A DNA stretch of 64,000 nucleotides, from assembly GCA_010909165.1 (NCBI GenBank), contig MU008217.1, positions 1 through 64,000 of the forward strand, written 5' to 3'. Below are positions 1-9,900 of this stretch, piece after piece. The position numbers were made by a program, and so were the translations under genes. Each line of letters begins with the position of its first letter. Positions within the stretch are counted from its first letter, which is position 1. The notes under the pieces are model-generated. The model was given only the letters and a program-made list of their open reading frames with translations, was not told the origin of the DNA and searched no databases. The DNA comes from Anthoceros angustus. Lineage: Eukaryota > Plantae > Anthocerotophyta.

Positions 1-611
1 CTTGATGAACTTTGTGGCGTGAACTAAGCAATGTCATGCCTAACACTTCAGCCCAAATGTGGTAACATGGTCATAGTTTTAACCTTATTAATGTTATGAA
101 TTGCGTGCTAAACTTACGTCAACTTAAGGCTGGCCTTGATTGCCACGAACCTCTTATGTTGAAGCTCACGATGGCCTCCCAAAACTGCTTCTTACTAAGG
201 GCTGTCCATGGCATTCAAACCTTCATCAAAAGGAGCCATTCGTATATCTAGTTTGCACACCAAATCTTTATCAAGGTGCCCAATATTGCAAGGTGCAAGC
301 GGCAATTAGGAGACCCCAATACTTTAGTGTAGATGAGACCATCCAATTTGTACACCTTTGACATAAAGAACTACTCATCATATTATGATTTCAAGGATGA
401 GCAATTTTACCGACCACTTATTGTTTGATAGATGTTCAATTTTACCTTTGACATAAAGAACTACTCATCATATTATGATTTCAAGGATGATTTCAAGGAC
501 TATCAAACTCGTGAGGCGGAAAAACAAAACCTAGACTTGTAGGATAAGAGGTTAGTCGTAGAGACTTTGCGTTGTGGAATAGCAGGTTTGACCTACTTTG
601 GGCTTTTCTTG

Positions 612-810
612 TGAATACATAAGCATTGGGATTCTCATCTTATCTCCATTTTCAAATTTCATGGCCAAACGGAAAAAACATTACTACAATAATATAAATT
701 AAACCACTAGCACAACAAAAATTAAGGCATAATAAAGCAAAAAAGAATAAAACATAAAACATAAAACAAAACAAAACCTCAAACAACGGCAAAACAAAAC
801 AATAGAGAAC
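612..810 (-). other. Intron remnant downstream of ALY exon 2
   Basis: GT start, then very T-rich minus strand (GTTTTGTTTTATGTTTTATG...). The lower boundary is approximate. Confidence 0.6.
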
Positions 811-880
811 CTTGTGCATCTTTTGAATCTTTAGACATTTGGCTTGGGCTCGATATCGATCCCCGCTCCTTCTTGTCTGG
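811..880 (-). pseudogene. ALY: ALY/REF exon 2 remnant (AGIDIEPKPNV*), followed by a GT donor
   Basis: 866-831 reads A G I D I E P K P N V stop. It aligns with plant ALY AGIETGTKLY[IV]S, and each mismatched codon is one base from a plausible ancestral codon. It ends ...CACAAG|GTTCTC at 810, like ...EDIK|GT. Copies also lie near 5640, 6200, 10740, 14800 and 16381. Confidence 0.65.
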
Positions 881-2190
881 TGGTAACACAATATCGGCCC
901 TTCTTGTTCTTCTTGTTTCCACCTTTAAATTTGCATACTAAATTGTGCTAACATGAAGTCTTGCGATATGCAATCTCGCATCACTTGACCATGGTACATC
1001 TAGCTCGCATCCAAGACCTCTGCACTTTTGACTATGGCGGAGGTCGTTGGTTTGCCATCAAGATCCAAGTGGTTGTTTGGCTTGGAAAGGATCTTTGGTA
1101 GAGACCGCATATTGATTATGACTTTTCACTCCATGGATGATCGCCTCCAGTTATGAAGGCTAGGTCTATGTTACAGACGACTCGGTTATATATCAATCGA
1201 TCTTACACCATTGCAATGGAAGATTAAGAAGGAGAAGTTACCGCTTTCTTTTATTGAGCTTGATCAAGTCAACGGCTTTTCTTTCATGGGGATGAATTTG
1301 TGGTGTTTAGCCCTCGTTCATGCATTTCATTAACATTATTGATTGATTGAAGATTATTTGTCTTGTTTGAATTTTACCTTTGCATTCGTCTAGACCATTT
1401 TACCGCAATCTATGTAGTTGCCATATTTCAATCCTATGACGAAGATCCGTCCTTAGTGGACTTGAATAAATTTCTTCTTCTTCCTCTTCATCTTCTTCAT
1501 TTGTTCTTCTTGTTCTTCTTGTTCTTCTTGTTCTTCTTCTTCCTCTTCATCTTCTTCATTTGTTCTTCTTGTTCTTCTTGTTCTTCTTCTTCCTCTTCAT
1601 CTTCTTCTCTTCTTCTTCTTCTTACAGTTATTAATTGTATTTAGAAAACTATGAAACTTCTTCACCTCTAGGTATTGTATGTATACATGTTTAGTATAGT
1701 GATTATTTTCACTAGCATAGTAAATAAAAATTATTTATTTAATTATTTATGTATGCTATTCTTTGCAACAACAAAGAAACATACAACCATATTACATACA
1801 TATCAGGCCCTTCTTGTTTCCACCTTTAAATTTGCATACTGACTAAATTGTGCTAACATGAAGTCTTGCGATATGCAATCTCGCATCACTTGACCATGGT
1901 ACACATCTAGCTCCGCATCCAAGACCTCTGCACTTTTGACTATGGCGGAGGTGGTTGGCTACCTCCTCTTCCTATAACATGTGCCGCCACACTCCCATTT
2001 GGGGTCGTTGGTTTGCCATCAAGATCAAACAACGGCAAAACAATAGAGACCGCATATTGATTATGACTTTTCACTCCATGGATGATCGCCTCCAGTTATG
2101 AAGGCTAGGTCTATGTTACAGACGACTCGGTTATATATCAATCGATCTTACACCATTGCAATGGAAGATTAAGAAGGAGAAGTTACCGCT

Positions 2191-2370
2191 TTCTTTCATG
2201 GGGATGAATTTGTGGTGTTTAGCCCTCGTTCATGCATTTCATTAACATTATTGATTGAAGATTATTTGTCTTGTTTGAATTTCTTTCATGGGGATGAATT
2301 TGTGGTGTTTAGCCCTCGTTCATGCATTTCATTAACATTATTGATTGATTGAAGATTATTTGTCTTGTTT
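2191..2370 (+). repeat. ~90-bp loop repeat (TTCTTTCATGGGGATGAATTTGTGG...GTCTTGTTTGAAT)
   Basis: TTCTTTCATG at 2191 and 2281. Repeated at ~36535-36770, 46615-46750 and 57235-57385. Confidence 0.88.
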
Positions 2371-2882
2371 GAATTTTACCTTTGCATTCGTCTAGACCAT
2401 TTTACCGCAATCTATGGAGTTGCCATATTTCAATCCTATGACGAAGATCCGTCCTTAGTGGACTTGAATAAATTTCTTCTTCTTCTCTTCATCTTCTTCA
2501 TTTGTTCTTCTTGTTCTTCTTGTTCTTCTTCTTCCTCTTCATCTTCTTCATTTGTTCTTCTTGTTCTTCTTGTTCTTCTTCTTCCTCTTCATCTTCTTCA
2601 TTTGTTCTTCTTCTTCTTCTTACAGTTATTAATTGTATTTAGAAAACTATGAAACTTCTTCACCTCTAGGTATTGTATGTATACATGTTTAGTATAGTGA
2701 TTATTTTCACTAGCATAGTAAATAAAAATTATTTATTTAATTATTTATGTATGCTATTCTTTGCAACAACAAAGAAACATACAACCATATTACATACATA
2801 TCAGGCCCTTCTTGTTTCCACCTTTAAAATTTGCATACTGACTAAATTGTGCTAACATGAAGTCTTGCGATATGCAATCTCG

Positions 2883-2936
2883 CATCACTTGACCATGGTA
2901 CACATCTAGCTCCGCATCCAAGACCTCTGCACTTTT
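2883..2936 (-). pseudogene. ALY: ALY/REF C-terminal motif remnant (KSAEVLDAELDVYHGQVM)
   Basis: Matches the REF-C/UAP56-binding motif pattern SAExLDAxLDxYH..M of plant ALY proteins. About 13 copies occur in the window (e.g. 15918-15959, 60718-60759), some frameshifted (e.g. ~985-1030). Confidence 0.88.
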
Positions 2937-3037
2937 GACTATGGCGGAGGTGGTTGGCTACCTCCTCTTCCTATAACATGTGCCGCCACACTCCCATTTG
3001 GGGTCGTTGGTTTCGCTTGTATTATCATTCGCATATC

Positions 3038-3108
3038 AATTGCCTCAATGGTCATTGGTTTGCCATCAAGATCAAGTGGTTGTTTGGCTTAGTGGTTCGA
3101 CGAGCTTT
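3038..3108 (-). pseudogene. ALY: ALY/REF RRM C-terminal remnant (LDGKPMTIEAI)
   Basis: 3070-3038 reads LDGKPMTIEAI, like the plant ALY (YNNVQ)LDGKPMKIEI. In the GATCCAAGTGG variant (near 1062, 12072, 60895) the upstream frame gives KPNNHLDLDGKPM. Confidence 0.8.
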
Positions 3109-3179
3109 CTTTTATTGAGCTTGATCAAGTCATCCACATTCTTTTATTGAGCTTGATCAAGTCATGCTTATTCTTTGCA

Positions 3180-3384
3180 ACAAAGTCGGGCTCAAGTATC
3201 ACAAAGTTAGAGACTTCAACTTAAAGCGTGAGACAAGATCAAACAACAAAATCCAAATGTAAAATTGAAGTTCAAAACCGCCCAATCATATATCGACAAG
3301 CTAGGCACAAGTAACACTAAATATGCACAAGTTCCACTAAGTACTTAAGCATCTAACTGCACACCAAAGTGTGTAGTTACAAAC
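3180..3384 (-). other. Intron remnant downstream of ALY exon 1
   Basis: Begins with GT directly after the AAG codon and is T-rich on the minus strand. The lower boundary is approximate. Confidence 0.65.
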
Positions 3385-3567
3385 CTTGGAGGTTAAGTAG
3401 GGTGCGATTCGTCTTGCTACACGGTTATCTGTAAGTCGTGTGTCAACACCTCCGGAGCCCGCCTCGAGAACCTCTCGTCCTTGGCAGCGATTCGTCCGCA
3501 TTGGATGACGAGCACCGCCACGCCTTGCTTTCTTTTTATTGAGCTTGATCAAGTCATCAAGACTCAA
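3385..3567 (-). pseudogene. ALY: ALY/REF-family exon 1 remnant (REF-N motif to APY..K, followed by a GT donor)
   Basis: Reads LSLDDLIKLNKKKARRGG...RRIAPYLTSK. This resembles ALY/REF N-termini (MSLDD[IL]IK..., R/G-rich linker, APYxxxK). The frame starts at TTG, not ATG. AAG|GTTTGT donor at 3384, then T-rich sequence. This is the only uninterrupted copy. Confidence 0.85.
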
Positions 3568-4015
3568 TTTGCCTTCCTTAGCGCAACGGTTCCATACATA
3601 TGGTGACCGCCACCGTGGTCCTTTGCCTTAAGCTTGATCAAGTCATGCTTATTCTTTTATTGAGCTTGATCAAGTCATCAAGACTCAATTTGCCTTCCTT
3701 AGCAGCGGTTTCATGCATGTGGTGACCGCCACCGTGGTCCTTTGCCTTAAGCTTGATCAAGTCATCCACATTCTTTTATTGAGCTTGATCAAGTCATCAA
3801 GACTTAGATGACCACAACGTTGTCTTAGGTCCTCGAGCAACTCATAATTATTGCTTGGTCGCGAGGAATTCATTATTGCTTGGATGTTTGTGCTCTATAA
3901 TGTATTTAAAATTGGTCAATATGGATTATTTTTGTGAAAATATATTCAACCGTGGTGGTTGCTCTCAATATCCTAGGCAAATCAATTGTTAACCGTTGCA
4001 AGGATGAGCAATTTT

Positions 4016-4357
4016 ACCGACCACTTATTGTTTGATAGATGTTCAATTTTACCGACCACTTATTGTTTGATAGATGTTCAATTTTATAGACCACTTATTG
4101 TTTGATAGATGTTCAATTTTATGGACCACTTATTGTTTGATAGATGTTCAATTTTATAGACCACTTATTGTTTGATAGATGTTCAATTTCTTGACCACTT
4201 ATTGTTTGATAGATGTTCAATTTTACCGAGCACTTATTGTTTGATAGATGTTCAATTTTATAGACCACTTATTGTTTGATAGATGTTCAATTTTACGAGC
4301 ACTTATTGTTTGATAGATGTTCAATTTTATACACCACTTATTGTTTGATAGATGTTC
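4016..4357 (+). repeat. 35-bp tandem array (CCACTTATTGTTTGATAGATGTTCAATTTT plus a variable ~5 nt), 10 units
   Basis: Period 35 (4021, 4056, 4091, 4126, 4161). Ordered sister arrays at ~8925-9335, 13065-13475, 25745-26170, 50715-51065 and 62570-62920. It is also the most abundant module of the scrambled domain. Confidence 0.97.
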
Positions 4358-4503
4358 ACGAGGTGGAGCGTGGCGAGGATGAGCAACAACAAACCACTTC
4401 TTGTTAGGCTTTCCTAAGGTGCAGCGTTGCGAAGGTGGGCAACTCAACCAACCACTTAGATGATGGCTCCTTTATAGATGACCTTGAATACTAGATACTA
4501 TAC

Positions 4504-4700
4504 AGGATATTTGATATTTCCTTTCTAGCATCTTCAAATTGTTTTCTTGTGATAGGTACTATAAATGGATATTTGATATTTCCTTTATGGCACGTTCAAG
4601 TTGTTTTCTTGTAATACATACTATTAATGGATATATGATATTTCCTTTCCAGATGTTCTAATTGTTTTCTTGTGGTAGCGATATTATATTTATATTTGGT
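4504..4700 (+). repeat. Degenerate ~62-bp triplet (GGATAT[T/A]TGATATTTCCTTT...TTGTTTTCTTGT)
   Basis: Three copies with true substitutions. Re-expanded at ~29690-29940, 51220-51480, 55665-55865 and 59745-60065. Confidence 0.9.
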
Positions 4701-4919
4701 ATTTTCTTTTGTGGTATCTTTGAATTTCTTTCACGCTCGTATTGGTCCATCTTAGTAACAAAATGGCATGGTTGTGCAACTTAATAATTAAGTCTCCTCA
4801 CTTGCCTTCTTAATGTACAACATGTCAATTGAGAACTAAACTACACCAAATCTTGTAGGAATAGAAGTTGATGTGGGAAATAGTTACCACGTGATTAGAC
4901 AAAGGCATTTGTTTCGTTC

Positions 4920-7417
4920 CTTGATGAACTTTGTGGCGTGAACTAAGCAATGTCATGCCTAACACTTCAGCCCAAATGTGGTAACATGGTCATAGTTTTA
5001 ACCTTATTAATGTTATGAATTGCGTGCTAAACTTACGTCAACTTAAGGCTGGCCTTGATTGCCACGAACCTCTTATGTTGAAGCTCACGATGGCCTCCCA
5101 AAACTGCTTCTTACTAAGGGCTGTCCATGGCATTCAAACCTTCATCAAAAGGAGCCATTCGTATATCTAGTTTGCACACCAAATCTTTATCAAGGTGCCC
5201 AATATTGCAAGGTGCAAGCGGCAATTAGGAGACCCCAATACTTTAGTGTAGATGAGACCATCCAATTTGTACACCTTTGACATAAAGAACTACTCATCAT
5301 ATTATGATTTCAAGGATGATTTCAAGGACTATCAAACTCGTGAGGCGGAAAACAAAACCTAGACTTGTAGGATAAGAGGTTAGTCGTAGAGACTTTGCGT
5401 TGTGGAATAGCGAGGTTTGACCTACTTTGGGCTTTTCTTGTGAATACATAAGCATTGGGATTCTCATCTTATCTCCATTTTCAAATTTCATGGCCAAACG
5501 GAAAAAACATTACTACAATAATATAAATTAAACCACTAGCACAACAAAAATTAAGGCATAATAAAGCAAAAAAAGAATAAAACATAAAACATAAAACAAA
5601 ACAAAACCTCAAACAACGGCAAAACAATAGAGAACCTTGTGCATCTTTGAATCTTTAGACATTTGGCTTGGGCTCGATATCGATCCCCGCTCCTTCTTGT
5701 TAGGCTTTCCTAAGGTGCAGCGTTGCGGTGGGCAACTCAACCAACCACTTAGATGATGGCTCCTTTATAGATGACCACAACGTTGTCTTAGGTCCTCGAG
5801 CAACTCATAATTATTGCTTGGATGTTTGTGCTCTATAATGTATTTAAAATTGGTCAATATGGATTATTTTCACTAGCATAGTAAATAAAAATTATTTATG
5901 TATGCTATTCTTTGCAACAAAGTCTTGTAGGATAAGAGGTTAGTCGTAGAGACTTTGCGTTGTGGAATAGCGAGGTTTGACCTACTTTGGGCTTTTCTTG
6001 TGAATACATAAGCATTGGGATTCTCATCTTATCTCCATTTTCAAATTTCATGGCCAAACGGAAAAAACATTACTACAATAATATAAATTAAACCACTAGC
6101 ACAACAAAAATTAAGGCATAATAAAGCAAAAAAAGAATAAAACATAAAACATAAAACAAAACAAAACCTCAAACAACGGCAAAACAATAGAGAACCTTGT
6201 GCATCTTTTGAATCTTTAGACATTTGGCTTGGGCTCGATATCGATCCCCGCTCCTTCTTGTTCTTCTTCTTGTTAGGCTTTCCTAAGGTGCAAGCGGCAA
6301 TTAGGAGACCCCAATACTTTAGTGTAGATGAGACCATCCAATTTGTACACCTTTGACATAAAGAACTACTCATCATATTATGATTTCAAGGATGATTTCA
6401 AGGATGATTTCAAGGATGATTTCAAGGATGATTTCAAGGATGAGCAATTTTACCTTTGCATTCGTCTAGACCATTTTACCGAGCACTTATTGTTTGATAG
6501 ATGTTCAATTTTACCTTTGCATTCGTCTAGACCATTTTACCGAGCACTTATTGTTTGATAGATGTTCAATTTTATACACCACTTATTGTTTGATAGATGT
6601 TCAATTTTACCTTTGCATTCGTCTAGACCATTTTACCGAGCACTTATTGTTTGATAGATGTTCAATTTATGGACCACTTATTGTTTGATAGATGTTCAAT
6701 TTATGGACCACTTATTGTTTGATAGATGTTCAATTTTACCTTTGCATTCGTCTAGACCATTTTACCGACCACTTATTGTTTGATAGATGTTCAATTTTAC
6801 CGAGCACTTATTGTTTGATAGATGTTCAATTTATGGACCACTTATTGTTTGATAGATGTTCAATTTTACCTTTGCATTCGTCTAGACCATTTTACCGACC
6901 ACTTATTGTTTGATAGATGTTCAATTTTATACACCACTTGTGGCTGCAAAGGAGTTTCTCAATAGGCTAGAGGTCGATGTGGTGTTTAGCCCTCGTTCAT
7001 GCATTTCATTAACATTATTGATTATGACTTTTCACTCCATGGATGATCGCCTCCAGTTATGAAGGCTAGGTCTATGTTACAGACGACTCGGTTATATATC
7101 AATCGATCTTACACCATTGCAATGGAAGATTATTTGTCTTGTTTGAATTTTACCGACCACTTATTGTTTGAATTTCTTTCATGGGGATGAATTTGTGGTG
7201 TTTAGCCCTCGTTCATGCATTTCATTAACATTATTGATTGATTGAAGATTATTTGTCTTGTTTGAATTTTACCTTTGCATTCGTCTAGACCATTTTACCG
7301 CAATCTATGTAGTTGCCATATTTCAATCCTATGAAGATCCGTCCTTAGTGGACTTGAATAAATTTCTTCTTCTTCCTCTTCATCTTCTTCATTTGTTCTT
7401 CTTGTTCTTCTTGTTCT

Positions 7418-7449
<32 letters not shown>

Positions 7450-9900
7450 TTCTTCTTCTTCTTCTTCTTCTTCTTCTTCTTCTTCTTCTTCTTCATCTTC
7501 TTCTTCTTCTTCCTCTTCATCTTCTTCTTCTCTTCTTCTTCTTCTTACAGTTATTAATTGTATTTAGAAAACTATGAAACTTCTTCACCTCTAGGTATTG
7601 TATGTATACATGTTTAGTATAGTGATTATTTTTCACTAGCATAGTAAATAAAAATTATTTATTTAATTATTTATGTATGCTATTCTTTGCAACAACAAAG
7701 AAACATACAACCATATTACATACATATCGGCCCTTCTTGTTTCCACCTTTAAAATTTGCATACTAAATTGTGCTAACATGAAGTCTTGCGATATGCAATC
7801 TCGCATCACTTGACCATGGTACATCTAGCTCGCATCCAAGACCTCTGCACTTTTGACTATGGCGGAGGTCGTTGGCTACCTCCTCTTCCTATAACATGTG
7901 CCACACTCCCATTTGGGGTCGTTGGTTTGCCGCTTGTATTATCATTCGCATATCAATTGCCTCAATGGTCATTGGTTTGCCATCAAGATCAAGTGGTTGT
8001 TTGGCTTAGTGGTTCGACGAGCTTTCTGCGATATGCAATCTCGCATCACTTGACCATGGTACACATCTAGCTCGCATCCAAGACCTCTGCACTTTTGACT
8101 ATGGCGGAGGTCGTTGGTTTGCCATCAAGATCAAACAACAAAATCCAAATGTAAAATTGAAGTTCAAAACCGCCCAATCATATATCGACAAGCTAGGGCA
8201 CAAGTAACACTAAATATGCACAAGTTCCACTAAGTACTTAAGCATCTAACGCACACCAAAGTGTGTAGTTACAAACCTTGGAGGTTAAGTAGGGTGCGAT
8301 TCGTCTTGCTACAGTTATTAATTGTATTTAGAAAACTATGAAACTTCTTCACCTCTAGGTATTGTATGTATACATGTTTAGTATAGTGATTATTTTTCAC
8401 TAGCATAGTAAATAAAAATTATTTATGTATGCTATTCTTTTATTGAGCTTGATCAAGTCATCAAGACTCAATTTGCCTTCCTTAGCAGCGGTTCCATACA
8501 TATGGTGACCGCCACCGTGGTCCTTTGCCTTAAGCTTGATCAAGTCATGCTTATTCTTTTATTGAGCTTGATCAAGTCATCAAGACTCAATTTGCCTTCC
8601 TTAGCAGCGGTTTCATGCATGTGGTGACCGCCACCGTGGTCCTTTGCCTTAAGCTTGATCAAGTCATCCACATTCTTTTATTGAGCTTGATCAAGTCATC
8701 AAGACTTAGATGACCACAACGTTGTCTTAGGTCCTCGAGCAACTCATAATTATTGCTTGGTCGCGAGGAATTCATTATTGCTTGGATGTTTGTGCTCTAT
8801 AATGTATTTAAAATTGGTCAATATGGATTATTTTTGTGAAAATATATTCAACCGTGGTGGTTGCTCTCAATATCCTAGGCAAATCAATTGTTAACCGTTG
8901 CAAGGATGATTTCAAGGATGAGCAATTTTACCGACCACTTATTGTTTGATAGATGTTCAATTTTACCGACCACTTATTGTTTGATAGATGTTCAATTTTA
9001 TAGACCACTTATTGTTTGATAGATGTTCAATTTTATGGACCACTTATTGTTTGATAGATGTTCAATTTTATAGACCACTTATTGTTTGATAGATGTTCAA
9101 TTTTACCACTTATTGTTTGATAGATGTTCAATTTTATAGACCACTTATTGTTTGATAGATGTTCAATTTTAGACCACTTATTGTTTGATAGATGTTCAAT
9201 TTTACCGAGCACTTATTGTTTGATAGATGTTCAATTTTATAGACCACTTATTGTTTGATAGATGTTCAATTTTACCACTTATTGTTTGATAGATGTTCAA
9301 TTTTATGGACCACTTATTGTTTGATAGATGTTCACGAGGTGGAGCGTGGCGAGGATGAGCAACAACAAACCACTTCTTGTTAGGCTTTCCTAAGGTGCAG
9401 CGTTGCGAAGGTGGGCAACTCAACCAACCACTTAGATGATGGCTCCTTTATAGATGACCTTGAATACTAGATACTATACAGGATATTTGATATTTCCTTT
9501 CTAGCATCTTCAAATTGTTTTCTTGTGATAGGTACTATAAATGGATATTTGATATTTCCTTTATGGCACGTTCAAGTTGTTTTCTTGTAATACATACTAT
9601 TAATGGATATATGATATTTCCTTTCTAGCATCTTCAAATTGTTTTCTTGTGGTAGCGATATTATATTTATATTTGGTATTTTCTTTTGTGGTATCTTTGA
9701 ATTTCTTTCACGCTCGTATTGGTCCATCTTAGTAACAAAATGGCATGGTTGTGCAACTTAATAATTAAGTCTCCTCACTTGCCTTCTTAATGTACAACAT
9801 GTCAATTGGAGAACTAAACTACACCAAATCTTTGTAGGAATAGAAGTTGATGTGGGAAATAGTTACCACACGTGATTAGACAAAGGCATTTGTTTCGTTC
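4920..9900 (+). repeat. Macro-unit 2 (4981 bp)
   Basis: Same start word at 4920, next at 9901. Same terminal modules (35-bp array, ~62-bp triplet, TTCACGCTCG...GTTTCGTTC). Internal order partly rearranged. Confidence 0.9.
5383..5445 (-). pseudogene. ALY: Possible ALY exon 3 remnant (KVG...RYS...YD)
   Basis: Follows the intron-2 remnant. GTA GGT (5425-5420), CGC TAT TCC (5412-5404) and TAC GAC (5388-5383) echo plant ALY EVGxLKRYSIHYD, but a frameshift is needed. Weak. Confidence 0.4.

Larger units (their letters stand above)
1..4919 (+). repeat. Macro-unit 1 (4919 bp), with an internal ~1 kb duplication (about 1283-2030 vs 2281-3070)
   Basis: CTTGATGAACTTTGTGGCGTG starts at 1 and again at 4920. 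Identical ORFs lie at 140 and 5059, and related ORFs at 1363 and 2365. Confidence 0.93.

Noticed and set aside
140-361. 73-aa ORF MPRTSYVEAHDG... repeated in units 1, 2 and 4
   Set aside because: It starts at TTG, I recognise no family, and it is conserved only because the DNA is repeated. Its 3' part is freely joined to other modules.
3337-3567. A functional ALY gene
   Set aside because: No ATG start at REF-N, an in-frame stop and deletion in exon 2, frameshifts, and permuted or missing exons.
4016-4357. CRISPR-like look of the 30-nt constant core (GTTCAAT, reverse ATTGAAC) and of the 61/62-bp loops (30-nt repeat plus 31-32-nt insert)
   Set aside because: Linkers are only ~5 nt or are two or three endlessly reused modules, not unique spacers. 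There is no leader, no cas gene, and the context is eukaryotic.
4712-4718. TGGTATC as an LTR-retrotransposon primer-binding site
   Set aside because: Only 7 nt of the usual TGGTATCAGAGC match, with no adjacent LTR end and no gag/pol remnants recognised.
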